Assembly (NCBI GenBank): GCA_964016885.1
Contig: OZ024741.1
Coordinates: 169,818,001 to 169,882,000 of the forward strand
Direction: 5' to 3'
Length of the DNA stretch: 64,000 nt
DNA from: Eledone cirrhosa
Lineage: Eukaryota
Below are positions 29,941-44,716 of the stretch, in pieces. Under the pieces are notes generated by a model, which searched no databases, was not told the DNA's origin, and saw nothing but the letters and a program-made list of their open reading frames with translations. The stretch's first letter is position 1. The number at the start of each line of letters is the position of its first letter. The position numbers and the translations under genes were made by a program.

Positions 29941-30261
29941 AACATTAAACATCATCTACACAGACAGTATTGATGAGTGTAGCAAATACCAGGAAGCACA
30001 ACAGAAAATTGCTGTAACAATAGCAATAACAAGAAGAATAACGACAGCAATAGCATTCACAACAGTAACATAAATTTCATTAATAGCAATCGATTGCAAC
30101 AACAACAACAACAACAACAACAACACAAATGCAATAACAACTATAACAACTACAATAACCATAACAGCAACGAAAATAACAACAATAAAAACAACAAGAG
30201 CAACAATACCAATAATATAATAGTCAGCAACAGTAGTAAAAATAGTAATAGAAGTTATATA

Positions 30262-31392
30262 AATAGTTGTTTCTACTTTTGGCACAAGGTCAGCAATTAC
30301 CCCAGTGCATTGCTGGTACTTTATTTTATCGACCCTGTAAGGCTGAAAGGCAAAGTTAACCTCGGTGGGATTTGAACTCAGACCGTAAAGGGGTGTAACT
30401 CTATGCTGCAAAGCATGGCGTACAACCCTGTACTGATACTACCAATCCACCTTATAAATAATAATTATTTCTACTCTAGGTACAACGCCAGCAATTTGGG
30501 AAGAAGGGAAGGGGAAAGTCGATTAAATTGACCCCAGTGCATTACTGGTACTTATTTTATCGACCCCGTAAAGATGAAAGGTAAAGTTAATCTCAGCGGG
30601 TTTTGAACTCAGAACGTAAAGTACCACAATTCTATGTCACTAAGCATGTTGTCCGATGCTCTACCGATACTGCCAATATGAATAATTATTGTTTCTACTT
30701 TAGGCACAAGGCCAGCAATTACCCAGTACATTACTGGTACTTTATTTTATCGACCCCGTAATGATGAAAGGCAAAGTTAACCTCGGCGGGATTTGAACTC
30801 AGACCGTAAAGGGACGTAACTATGCTGGAAAGCATGGCGTCCGACCCTCTACCGATACTGCCAATATAAATAATAATGGTTTCTAATTTAGGCACAAGGC
30901 CAGCAATTTTGGGGGAAATGTTGTCCGACGCTCTACCGATACTGCCAATATAAATAATTGTTCCTACTTTTGGCACAAGGCCAGCAATTATCCAGTACAT
31001 TACTGGTACTTTATTTTATCGACGCCGTAAGGATGAAAGGCAAAGTTAACCTCGGCGGGATTTGAACTCAGACCGTAAAGAGACGTAACTGCCAATATAA
31101 ATAATAATAGTTTCTACTATAGGCACAAGGCCAGTAATTTGGGGAGAGGGGAAAGTCGATTAAATCGACCCCAGTGTATTACTGGTGTTTTATTTCATCG
31201 ACCCCTAAGGATGAAAGGTGAAGCTAACCTCAGTGGGTTTTTGAACTCAGAACGTAAAGGGCCATAACTCTATGGTGCAAAGCATGGCGTCCGACCCTCT
31301 ACCGATTCTGCCAATAATGGTTTCTAATTTAGGCACAAGGCCAGCAATTTTGGAGGAAATGTCCGAGGTTCTAGCGATACTGCCAATATAAA
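30262..31392 (-). mobile_element. Head-to-tail array of about 7 Meta-domain-like SINE copies and fragments
   Basis: Repeated units joined at (t)aaataat linkers. Confidence 0.85.
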
Positions 31393-33454
31393 TAACAATG
31401 ATATCGATTACAAAGAACAAAACAAGTGCAACAACAATTGCAGCCATAAGAGCAACAACAATATTTGCAGACAAATATTGGTTCGAAACAAGGCAGACAC
31501 GAGAGCAAACATCTTAATTAAGATTTTTCACCATTATCATTATGAGCATCAACATAACCATTACCATCTCCCCCAACTCCATCATCATCCTCACCACCAT
31601 CATCCTCATCATCATCCTCGTCCTGCACATCATCATCATTGCCTTGAGCTGCATGTTCGAGATCATCTATCTCTTCGTCACTATCGTCGTCAACAATATC
31701 AACAACACCACAAGTAGCTACACTGTATAAGTAGTGAAATATAAACTACACACACATATGAACTGCTGTTTACCAACTAACATCAGACAGTAGTATAACA
31801 AACATGTCATGCTGACATTGAATGCAATATAAACAAATAACGCAACACACTATTCATACAGTGAATTATAATCCATTAATACGTTTTATCTTAGATTGTG
31901 TTGCGTAAATGCTTCCATATTGAATACAGTATCCATAAACAATTAACCTTGCTTGTTTCAATGGGAGCCGCTTTATTTCCTAGCATTAGCCACGAAGTCT
32001 CTCACCATTCATACTCTGCTATCATTAATAATCAGAATGTGATTGTATAATCATGTCATTCTGACATTGTACACTATAAAAAGATCATACAACACATCAT
32101 AGAATAATGTAAATTAATAAATTCTATACAGCAATACATGTCAAAGTTTGTGGTCTAGTGTTAACTGTATTGTGTTTACGAACAGAAGCCCGGTGCTTTG
32201 TCTTGAAACAAGGCACTTCATTCGATCTTACTTGAGTCCACTCGGCTGAAATAAATAAGTATCAACAGCAGCAGATAGCATTCGACAGTAAAATTATTCA
32301 CTGCTTTATCGATATCAACCAACTAATCCTACACTCACCGGTTTTGATAGCACTTTCAACCCGACTACACATGTCAATACTCTGCATGGAAATTATAAAC
32401 CAAATGAAAATACGCATCTGCAGTAGGGTGCGTAGCTCGGTGACCAGAGAGTCAGTCCTGTTAGATCACAGCTATGAACAACAGACATGTAGTTAGGCGT
32501 CAGCCCTGTTAGATCACAACTATCAACAACGGACATGTAGTTAGAATGTCTAAAGAAAGATCACTAGACAGATTTTTGGCAAAACCAAACGGGGGTAGGT
32601 CACAAACAAGGCGGCTTGATAGCATCCATAACCTCGGCTGGTTCCGCTTGTGGATACAGTCAGATCATTTGTAGATGTTTGCTTTTGATAAGGCCTTCTG
32701 GAAAGCGTATCTGAGGACTGTGCTCTCAGGAAGAAGAAGAAGAAGAAGAAGAAGAAGAAGAAGAAGAAGAAGAAGAAGAAGAAGAAGAAGAAGAAGAAGA
32801 AATTGCATGGCGTTTATCTTGCAATTGATTGGCATCTCATTCAGAGATGAGTCTTCTATTTTCAATTGCTTAAACGCACATGACAGCATGATATAATAGA
32901 TAAGACTCTAGGATCAAGACATAATTTAACTTTCAACTAACCTAAAATGTATAATTAGCTTTCCTTGATCAAGTAATGATTGCTTGACCTCCTAAAATTA
33001 ACAGCCAAATCTTCATTAAAAATCATCCTACTATTATCGATCATGCTATTATCGATTATAAACATGCTATTTTGACATTTTAGGATTTTATACATTACCC
33101 CCCCCCCCCACAATTATGCAATACGCCACAGAATGTGAGAATTAATGACGTTTACACAACAATAATTAATTAACCTTGCTTGAGGGAGCTTCTATGTAGT
33201 TGTTCGTCCAGTTAGCAATAGCCAAATCAGTCTGAAATCACAACCTTGACTTGGGACCTAAAATTACGAAGATGACGCAGGGTTGTCATCGTTACATACA
33301 GTGACACTTGTGTATTTAAATCAGGTGGTACCCTTCCTTCTTCAGATTTGATGACAGCCGATTTCTGGCGAAGAGTAAGAGAGAGAAATAGAGTGAGAAA
33401 CTGAATGAGAGAGAGATAGGGAGATGGATAGATAGATAGATAAATAGACAGAGA

Positions 33455-33497
<43 letters not shown>

Positions 33498-33681
33498 TTT
33501 GACCGCAGTACTGTAATGGTACATTCTTTATCGAGCTCTCAGTGAGATTTTAAGTTAGAACACGGAGAGTGGGAAAGATTGCCCGAAGGCATTCCATTCG
33601 ATGCTCTACCGACTCTTCGAATTTTCTGTGTTCAATCAAAAGATGCCATCTTAAAATAAACGAAAGAATATGTTAAATAAT

Positions 33682-34210
33682 TGTTTCTACTTTTTGGCAC
33701 AAGGCCAGCAATTACCCAGTTCATTACTGGTACTTTATTTTATCGACCCCGTAAGGATGAAAGGCAAAGTTAACCTCGGTGGGATTTGAACTCAGAATGG
33801 CAAGGGCCGTAACTCTATGCGTCAAAGTATGGCGTCTGACCCTCTACCAATACTGCCAATCCACCGCCCTGAATATGTTAAATAATGTAGTCATATTTAT
33901 ACTAGGCGGGAAGAAATATGGGATGATGGTTTTAGCGAAAATGATCTTTATATTAGGTTTGCTCTCGTTCAACGCCACCATCTTCACCATCATCAGCATC
34001 ATCATTATCATCATTTGGGCGGTGGATTGGCAGTATCGGTAGAGGGTCGGACGCTATGCTTGGCAGCATAGAGTTATTGCCCTTTACGATCTCAGATCAA
34101 ATCCCGCCGGGGTTAACTTTGCCTTTCATCCCTATGGGGGTCGACAAAATAAAGCACCAGTAATACACTGGAGTAATTGCTGGCCTTGTGCCAAAATGTA
34201 GAAACAATTA
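33682..34210. mobile_element. Two divergent Meta-domain-like SINEs (33682-33870 minus, 34017-34210 plus)
   Basis: TSDs gaatatgttaaataat (33666-33681, 33871-33886) and attatcatcattt. Confidence 0.85.
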
Positions 34211-34433
34211 TTATCATCATTTCTTTCTTAGGCATAAGGCCAGTGATTTGTGGGGAAAGGAAAGTCAATTAAATTGACCTCAGTGCTTGATTGATAATTT
34301 ATTTTATTGACATCGGGAGGATGAAAGGTAAAGCTGACCCCAAAGAGATTTGAAACCAGAACACAGAGGGCCGTAACGAAGTACTGCAATGCATTTTATG
34401 CAACGCAATAACAACTCTGTCAATGAACTACCA

Positions 34434-34486
<53 letters not shown>

Positions 34487-34585
34487 TTACTACTACTACT
34501 ACTACTAACCAACAAGAGTGTTTGTAATTGTCTCAAAAGCTGAATAACATCCCAGTAGACCGGTTGTTTGAATCTGTGTTCTCTC

Positions 34586-34679
<94 letters not shown>

Positions 34680-35491
34680 AGTGTTATGTGAGGGAGAGAG
34701 CATGGGAGAGCGAGAGAGTAGGCGGTAAAGAGAGACGAGAGAGCAGAAACAAATCGAGAGCCTATGAACTTCATGACATCTGTTTATAAGTTTACAAAAA
34801 TTCGATATTTCAGCTTGTTTAAACCTCATTATTCGTGTATTAATTTTGTTTTCAATAGATTCAACTGAAATCTTTTTCGCGTGAATCGAATTACACGCAT
34901 TTGCATTTATCATGCACACACATTTTTCAGTATCTCAGTATATTTTTTATGTATTGGAGCGAGTTCATTTCCTTGCTTGTGGCAATAGCATTCGTAGAAC
35001 TGCTTCCAAATGTCATTCCATCAAGGTCTTCCCTATGAACGCCACGGTTTTTATTCTCTAATTCTTTGTTTTCTGCTCATTGGCCGATTTTACTATTTTA
35101 TCCGTGTTGAAATTTATGTATATCGACATTATGGTATTTATCGCGTTTCATAAGCTTGTTCAGCCGACCTTATCTTATTGCTTATCAATTTCTTCCCCAT
35201 AACCTGTTTTAGCTTATATTCTTACATCCTGTAACTGATATTACAAATAAATAACTAAATAAAAAGAGTGTTCATACAACCTCATGAATATTACCGAACG
35301 TATGGAAAATGACTGGAGACAGAATTCTTGTACAAGCTGAAAACTGATACAAGAAACAACTTTTAGACTCATTCTCTCTTGTATACAAATATATACACCA
35401 GGTTCGAACACAAAATAACTAAACACTCTCTGTCATTGCCTCCGTCTCTCATTCTCTCCCTACAAATAGGGGCCCATGCGCCAGTTCATGC

Positions 35492-35545
35492 ATTCATTCT
35501 TACTACGTGGCATCTTGGGAAAGATGCTACGTAGTAAGAATGAAT
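35492..35545. other. 25-bp hairpin with 4-nt loop
   Basis: attcattcttactacgtggcatctt-ggga-aagatgctacgtagtaagaatgaat; one G-U pair. Confidence 0.85.
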
Positions 35546-37060
35546 CCATCGAATGATAAGTACGAAGCGAACTCAGTAAAGCTTGCATCCACACAATAGA
35601 TATATAGATTGCAAAATCGTTGTACATTACAAAATTTTCATTAAAAATTCATAATAAATGTTTTCAATACAAATTATATTGTAATGTAATTATTAAATCG
35701 AATTCAATAAAAAAAATTCTGATTATCATGAAATAAATAGTTATCTTCTTTAGATTTCGACTGAACATTTGGACGAAAACATTACAGTTGATAAAAAAAG
35801 AAAAAGAAAAAAAAAGAACATATATGAACTTTCTTGAGTTTTCAGTAGATCATAATATGATGTCTGTTGTGTAACTCTTCTTATTGGTTTTAGAATATAC
35901 ATTTAAAAATATAGAAGCAAATATGGCGGAAAGTCACCATAATGTAGAATATATAGAGAAAATATTAATGCCTGAATAATTAGGTTTATAAATGCTAAAA
36001 TATTGGATAAATATATTTGCAATTCTCTCAACAAGTGTCATGAGGTTGATCCGGTCTAATATATTTTACAGTAAAAATAAATATTCCTAAACCAAAATTA
36101 AGCATTATACAGCAAATATCTCATTGCAAATGATATAATAAATCTAATAAAAACTAGATTCATAAAAAATCTCGATATGAAGTATAGTTTTGCATTCAAT
36201 TTTTTAACAAATAAATATGGCTAATAAAATACATCTGAAATTTTATTAAACATGTTAAAAGTTGATTTAAGAAAGATTATATCTTTAAATATGTATTTTC
36301 ACTGAAGAAATTATATATAAACATAGTCTTGACTTGCGGTTAGGGAGTTAGTTTCACAACTACGTGGATCCGGATTTTATCACACTGCGCAAGATATTTG
36401 GGTTATTGACTTCTGCTATATTCTCGTGTTAACAAAAGATTTGTGAGAGGAACTTGATAGACAAAAATAGTATGGAAGCTCAGAGGAACGATTATTGTTA
36501 TTCTTTGTTGGCAGACTTAATGCGTCACCCAGTTTAGCAGGTTGACTTGATCATCGAGCATCTTTAATGAAGATCATTCTATTGCAAGTACACGAGCTAA
36601 GTCTTTGATACGAGGATAACTTCATGTCTTCTTTTCAGGAGTCTCGGAGATCGCAAAAGATATTAAGTGTACGGTCATTCCTCCTCTGACTAAGCAAGAC
36701 AAAAACTGATCGTGACAAATGAAAACGGGTAGATATGATGAGAGAAGTGATGGAAGTGGTTTAGAGTTCGGTAAATTAAAGAGGTGCCGTGACCATCCCT
36801 ATCACTGTCGCCGTCGCCGTCGTCACCGTCGTCATCATCGTCGTTTTTGTCGCCGCCGCTGTCATCATCATCGTCGGCAGCATCAGGTTGAGTACCATGG
36901 ATCGCCATCTCACTTTTGTTTTAATACTTTCACCGTATTTAAAGTTTGTTAAATTATTGACAATATCCATCCAACCGTTTCTTGGTTAAATTCTCTTTCT
37001 CTTCACATTCATTTTGTCTCTTAGTAACATTCGCTGTGTACCATTATTGTCTAACAATCC

Positions 37061-37245
37061 AGGCGGTGGATTGGCAGTATCGGTAGAGGATCGGACGCCA
37101 TGCTTTCCAGCATAGTTACGTCCCTTTACGATCTGAGTTCAAATCCCGCTGAGGTTGACTTTGCCTTTCATCCTTACGGGGTCGATAAAATAAAGTACCA
37201 GTAATGAACTGGGTAATTGCTGGCCTTGTGCATAAAGTAGAAACA
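37061..37245 (+). mobile_element. Meta-domain-like SINE
   Basis: TSD attattgtYtaacaat at 37043-37058 and 37246-37261. Confidence 0.85.
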
Positions 37246-37289
37246 ATTATTGTTTAACAATGTATTCTTAGTTTTGTCATTCATAATGT

Positions 37290-39395
37290 ATCGTTATAGG
37301 TTTTGTTTTTTGTCCATGATATTCTCAAAAGTCTTATATACGTTCACCTCTCAAAATGTATTCGATAGTACTTTTCTAATATTCTTGTTTCAGATCCATA
37401 CAGTAGAGTGAACCATACATAATATATAAATAATTTTCTTCTGGTTTAGATATTAATGTTACTTGGTATTAATATGTTTGACAATTTTCAAATGACTTTC
37501 TAGTTGTCTCAAATACTCCTTTGATTTCTACATCACATTCAACGTTTTCTGATTGCATATATCCCAAGCGTATTGTTTTCAGTAGCTGTTCCACAATTAT
37601 AATATTTATTTGGGGAGACTGTTGTTTCACATTGCCATTGATTTTGCTTTCTTTACATTCATTTCAATCACATAGAACATTTCTGTCATTTACATTAGTT
37701 AAAAAGCTGTATCGTTGGCATATCTAGAGTTCTTGGCGTTAATATCTTTTATTAGCATTCCTGGCTATACGTTCTTCTAAGATATTTTCAGTATATACGC
37801 TAAATAGGTTGTAGCTTTCCCTGATTAATTTTTTAATTTATATTTTTTAGTTTTTTTTTCCCATTCAGTTCTTACTAGTGTTGCTTGCTTCCAGTATATT
37901 TTTGTAATTATTTCGAGTTCTTTATCACATCATAAAGTTTGATAAACGATCGATTATATTGGAATATTTTACTCTGTCAAATAACTTGGTATAGTCATTA
38001 AAGCATATGTAAACGTCTTGAATTATGTCTCAATGTTTTTCACTCATGCTTTTTAGATTAATTATTCCTTCACAAGTTCCCCTTCTCAGTCTCAAAACAA
38101 TTTTCGAATGACTTATTTCCTAATTTATACTTGACACTAATCTTTCTTGAATCATTTTCAGTATGAGTTGAGTTAGCGCCTCTTTAGGTTTATGACACTA
38201 AACTATACCATCTTGAACTTTATATTTGTTTGGTAATGAGACAAATTATGCTCCGAAATGACAGAATCGTTAGCAGGTCAAATAGAATGTTCTGCGGTAA
38301 TTCGTTCCGGCTCTCTTCGCTCTCCGAATTTAAATCATGCTAGGTCACCTTTGACTTTCATTCTTTCGAGGTTGATAACAAAAATAACAAAAAAACAAAA
38401 AAAAAACAAAAACACCAGTCCAGTACTGAGGCCGGTTATTTCTCTATGCCTCTTCCTCACTTCCACTTTCTCTCACTCTCTCTCTCTATCTGTATCATTC
38501 TTTGGAAGAAATGGACTGTGTTTAGATATGGAGTGATTTAAAGTGCCCAAAATATGCCGTATGTCACAACAGCACACCAACGACTCCACCAGGAGTTACG
38601 AAGTCATCGGCCAGCCGGTCCACCCGTCCATTCATCCATCCACCCATCCATCCATCTATACATACAATGATAAATTGTTTCTTATCGGTTAGTGTATGTC
38701 TACATTCCAAGTCTGCTATCAGATTTAGGTTTTGGCTATCTAATGCCTTTAATATTTCTGCTAGAATTCTCATTACCGTTCAGGTCTTTTATGGATTCAA
38801 CCTATCTTGAAGCAATCAGTATGTTTTTGCTTTAATGTAACTACTTTCTTTACTCATACATTTGCTGCTTCTGAATTCATTTTTCTTCATATATTTCTTT
38901 GGTTTTCATATATTTCTTTGGCTATTAAGCATTTCAACGTCTTGATATTGATCATCCACTCATTTGGGTTTTGTTTTTCTACATTCAGAACAACTCTCTT
39001 TAAAAGTGTTATATCTATGATAACCATTATTTTAATATTTCACTCTATCTTCTACGTTTAATAGAATTTCATCAGTGATTCATTTTCTTCTTTTCCTTTC
39101 CAGGCAATGTTTTCTTAAGTGATGTTTGCATTTAAGTTTTAATTGGGTTTCATACTTGCTCTGTTTGTTCTTTATTATATGGTTGTTGAATTTCTTCTCT
39201 ATTGTGTAAATATTCATACTTGTTTCGTATTTCCACATTATATTTCTGTTTAAATTGTGTTTGATTTTAAGTTTAATTATTCTAATGTTTTAGCTATTTT
39301 CATTTTCTTAAGTTTGCTTTTTAATTTAATTATCACTTGGTTTTAGTCAGAATTGATATTTGCTTCAGGAAAAGTGTTTGCAAGTTTCACTCAGG
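37290..39395 (-). mobile_element. Old degenerate RTE-clade LINE (end of APE through RT), with insertions
   Basis: Minus strand FPEANINSD*NQV (APE SDH motif), RYANDT (YADD site), YYVWFTLLYG. Confidence 0.65.
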
Positions 39396-41010
39396 AATTA
39401 AAACATAAAGTAAACTGTAGAGTCATGTTTAGTACATCAAACTGCCGTACACTTGCTTAAGAAGCTCTAAAACAGGACTAAATAATTTGTAAAATTAGTT
39501 AATATTTTAATAATAATTTTCTAAAAAATTCTCATTACCTTAATATCATATTTGACACCTTGCCAGACAGTGATCAATCAATCTTTCAATATAACATGTT
39601 GGCTTGAATTGAACCGAGGATATTTATTATATCTAAGACACTGCTGCTGCGGTTGCTGTTCTTCTTGTTTAGTCCTAGCTCAATCATGTCATAAGCCAGC
39701 ATACATATGATCAACGACATTCGATACGTTTCAATATCGTCTTTGTTTCTTTTAATAGTGAACCTAAGATTTCATTACCACAATGTATCTTTCTGTTTTG
39801 AAGACAGGAGGGTGTGAGTAATTTAAAGGATATTTATCTCATATTTCAGTAATTGAGCGACACTTATTTCGTGATGAATTAACCCCCAGTTTCGACGATA
39901 AACATTCAGTTTTTCGATCAATTAAACGCCCGACTCATTAATTAACGTGTTAGATGTGTATCCTTTGGATTCCCAAATCTAATCTGTATGACACCATATG
40001 CGACAAAAATGGAACTTCTAATTACTGGTACAAGCTTCCCAATTTCCCTCAAAAGCTTGGGTCAACCCTAGTCACGGGAAATACGTTTATATTATATGGC
40101 ATGCAGTGGGGTCAACACCATAGCCTCAAGGCTGCTGAACAAAACTCTTAACCGCCCATCGATGCTTGCGCTCATTACATATATTATTGCACAAAGGCAA
40201 TGTTGGCCTCAGAATGCGATAAGAATATATCCACATAGTTGTTTCTACTTAAGGCATAAGATCAGCAATTTGAATTGGAGGGGAAAGTCGATTAAATAGA
40301 CCCCAGTGCATTACTGGTGCTTTACCTAACGATATTGGCAATCTAATACATAATGCAAACCTGTTTCGTTGCTCGATGCTCTACCAATTCTGTAAATCTA
40401 TCAATCCTCTTCACTGTCATAATTCTATTAATAAACGCCTAAAGACATTTTACAAAATCGTCTGAAGTCATTTTTATTTTTTTTTTGTCTTCGTTAGCTT
40501 CCACAAAATAGAATTTGTCTAGACGAAAATCTAATTGTAGAAATTGAAGAATGACATAATTGATAAATATATTGATATTTATATGACGCTAAGGGTGGTT
40601 AGTCATTATAATCATTACAGCGTCGAACAAAATGCCTCGCGGTAATTTTCTGATCTTTTACGTTCTGAGCTTAAACCCCATCGAGGTCAAATTAAACTTT
40701 CATTTCCCTGGGTGTTGATGAAAAGAAATTTCCATATATTTCTTACAGCCCGCACGAAATGATGATAAAATTAACAGGAGTGCATAAGATAAACAAAACT
40801 TTACAGCACTGAATAAATTCCCCAAATCAGGAACTATGTTAAGTTTGAAGAGCAAATCGGGTGGATATAGTTCCGGAGCCACCCATCTATGAAACGTTTG
40901 TAACTATGTCTAATCAATAAAGACCTTCATGTGAATCATCGCTTTGTTTTTAATATATATGTATATATATTTATTTTAGTGATTGTAACGTCCAGTTACT
41001 GTAGGGTCAC

Positions 41011-41111
41011 CAGATCGTTACAGATCGAGCCTTGAGCTGATCTATCGCTAAATGCGCGTCACACCTCAATAAATGTAATGAAGATCTAACACCTCGTCCT
41101 TTTTATCATTT

Positions 41112-41115
<4 letters not shown>
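41011..41115 (+). mobile_element. Decayed copy of hammerhead family H2 repeat
   Basis: cagatcgttacagatcgagccttgagctgatc..taaatgcgcgtcac matches the reverse complement of 1365-1465; the core is lost. Confidence 0.65.
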
Positions 41116-41170
<55 letters not shown>

Positions 41171-41333
41171 GTTTCTACTTTAGGCACAAGGCCAGCAATT
41201 ACCCAGTGCATTACTGGTACTTTATTTTATCGACCCCGTAAGGATGAAAGGCAAAGTCAACCTCGGCGGGATTTGAACTCAGATCGTAAAGGGACGTAAC
41301 TATGCTGGAAAGCATATATATATAATGGTTTCT

Positions 41334-41390
<57 letters not shown>

Positions 41391-42869
41391 GGTTTCTTAT
41401 TTAGGCACAAAGCCAGCAACTTTTTTTTTTGGGGGGGGGGGAGTCGATGAAATTGACTCCAGTGCGTGACTGGTTATAATGTGATTGTGAATAAAAATAA
41501 TGGTTTGCTTGGTGTTAGTCTTGTAGTTTCCACATATACTTCACTCACATTGAAGTTTCTGTACAAAATCTTTGCTCCGAGTGCTACGAGTGGGATTGAA
41601 CCGAGAGTTCCGAGGTTATAAGACAAATGACTTAACCATACAGTAACGCCTTTGTCAATAAAAACGCGTTGCTGTTTTTTGTTGTAATCAGTGTTAAACA
41701 CATTCTTAAGACGAGATAAGCGAAATGAATGTCTTTTAATATGGAAAGTATTGGCCGGTCGAGAGATGGGAAAATCATATATGGATATTTTCATGATCTG
41801 AGAGTTATTCCACCTGTCCAAAGACAGCCGATTGAAACAAATATTTCCTTGAAATGTAAATATTATCTCAGAGGATATGAAACTGTTTGTAGACTTTAAA
41901 GACTTGATGAAATCTCTATCAAAATCAACAAATAAATAAACAAACATGTAACTATATTTATTGATAGTGTGATGATAATGATACGATTGCCGATCTCGCT
42001 AATTATTCAAAATGTATAAATCACTAGATAAACATTGTTGGTACTATAACTAAGAAAGAAAACAAAACACAGGTATTTTTATTTATTTAATAGCATCATC
42101 ATTAAAATGGGAAATAAAGTGTCATGAATTAAATGGTTATTATTGATACGTTATTATTGATATTATTATATTATTAAATGGTTATTCTGAGTTCAAATCC
42201 CGTTGAGGTTGACTTTGCCTTTCATCCTTACGGGGTCGATAAAATAAAGTACCAGTAATGCACTGGGTAATTGCTGGCCTTGTGCCTAAAGTAGAAACAA
42301 TTATTAATAAGAAAATTCCTGTGATCTCATGTAATAGCATCGAGCGAAAATAATCTTCATGTATTAAGATTTGTTTAGTAAAGTTGAGAGGAAGAAACAG
42401 AAGATTATTGGAATAGATGTTATACAGAATTAGGTTTTTTTCCCTTCTATTCTGATTTTTAATTCTACAGGATATGATGAAATGTAATTAGAATATGTAT
42501 TGTTGTAGTGGGAAAAGAAAAGGATGTAACATTTCGGGTTGTTATCTTTATAAAGTAAGAGAAATGAGATTTACGTGTGCAACATAGCAACATGTCTTTT
42601 TTTTCTGTTTAGTCGTTTATTGCACATCAATTCATCCTTGAACAATTCCAGGAGCCTATCAGGTATTCTATGAGAAGTGGCTGCTATAACCTTGCATAGT
42701 CTTCTCCAGTTTTGAGAACAAACGCTGTAAATGGTCCTTCACGACTCTTTTCACAGCACAACGTAGCCGAATCTGAGAGAGAGAGAGAGAGAGGGAGAGA
42801 GAGAGAGACATAGATAGATATAGATATAGATAGATATATATAGAGAGAGACAGAGTGAGAGAGAGAGAT

Positions 42870-42905
<36 letters not shown>

Positions 42906-43629
42906 AGAGAGTAATCGGCCACAGTACTTGAAGAGTGCTTTATTTATCGATCCCGGAAGGATAAAAAACAAAGTTGACTTCAGCAAGATTTGAACACAGA
43001 ACAGAGGAAACTGGATTAGATATTGCTAAGCCTTTTATCTGATGACCCAATTGACTCTGCCAATTCGCTTGCAGTATATTCGGCGATTAAATTTCTTTTA
43101 GCGACTACATTCCGTTTGGAATATTTCTGTGTGACGCAAACCCATGTATGTGTCATCAGATTTCGTCTTTTATTTAAATTACTCTTCGTTTCTTTCTTCC
43201 GGCGTTCATAAACTAGATGGAAGCGGCATTCCGGCGGTTCCTTCAACGAGTGTTCATCAACAGAACAGCCTGCTCGTGAATTTAACATGCAGGTGCCTGA
43301 ACATTCCACAGGCACGTTATATGCTCTTAACATAATACTCAGGGACATTCAGCGTCATAAAGTATGACAAATTTGAACCTTAGAATAGACAGATACAACT
43401 CAGTTTTGCCAGCTGGAGTAACGTGAAATAAAATGTGTTGCTGAAGGATACAACACACCGAGGGGAATTGATCCCACGAACATACAGTTGTTAGACGAAT
43501 GCCCTAAGCACTGAACCTCTTGCTGGGGGAAGGCCAATAATATTGGCTATAATCATCTTGCGTGAGTACGTTTCAATGTTGATCAGACTGATATGGGGCC
43601 AGAAACCCAAACCAAAAACTATATACTAA

Positions 43630-44370
43630 TATAGGGCCAAGGCCAGACATTTTTTCCGGGGGGGGGGGGGGAGTGTGTGTGCATTACTGGCGCTTTATTT
43701 TATCGACCCTGTAAGGATGAAAGACTAAGCTAACGTCGGCGGGATTTGAACTCAGACCGTAAAGAGACGTAACTGCCAATATAAATAATTGTTTCTACTT
43801 TTGGCACAAGGCCAGCAATTGACCAGTGCATTACTGGTACCTTATTTTATCGACCCTGTAAGGATGAAAGGCAAAGTTAACCTCGGCGGGATTTGAACTC
43901 AGAATGACAAGGGCCGTAACTCTATGCGTCAAAGCATGGCGTCCGACCCTCTACCGATACTGCCAATTCACCGCCCTTCACTGCCAATATAAATAATAAT
44001 ATTCACTGCCAATATAAATAATTGTTTCTACTTTAGGCACAAGGCCAGCAATTACCAGTGCATTACTGGTACTTTATTTTATCGACCCCGTAAGGATGAA
44101 CGGCAAAGTCAACCTCGGCGGGATTTGAACTCAGATCGTAAAGGGACGTAACTATGCTGGAAAGCATGGCGTCCGACCCTCTACCGATACTGCTAATCCA
44201 CATAAATAATAATACCGATTCTGCCAATAATGGATTCTAATTTAGGCACAAGGCCACCAATTTTGGGGGAAATGAGGTAAAATCCCGCCGACGTTAGCTT
44301 AGTCTTTCATCCTTACGGCCCTTTACGTAAAGGGCCGTAACTCTATGCTACGAAGCATGGTGTCCGACGA
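43630..44370. mobile_element. Cluster of Meta-domain-like SINEs with a local inversion
   Basis: Three minus-strand copies plus inverted fragment 44280-44317. Confidence 0.8.
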
Positions 44371-44716
44371 TCCACACAGACACTACTCCAAGCATTCTCC
44401 TCATTATTGTAAGATATAACGTCCATCTTTCGTGCCCAGTCAAAGGAAACAGGTAAGCCGAATAAGATTTATTGATAAACTCTCACGTTGATAACAAGAG
44501 AGTGTCCCGGTTGTTCAGCTACACTGGTTTACAATGAAATGGCTTTGGAGACCAAAATCAGTTGATCTTAATTAATTTGTGGGCGCTGAATTCGAAAATG
44601 ATATATATTTTTGAAGTTTAGGTGTTATTTTCGAAATTTAACTCAAAGGCGGCTTTTGCATTTTTGTTGAAAATAAGAGAATGTGTGTCAGGGGATTAGG
44701 ATGAAGAACAATATAA

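Noticed and set aside
32711-32735. CTGAGGA-CTG..CAG-GAAG
   Set aside because: GAAG is the start of a (GAA)n array; no stems I or III.
34770-35240. Protein-like minus-strand fragments
   Set aside because: Multiple stops and no recognisable domain.
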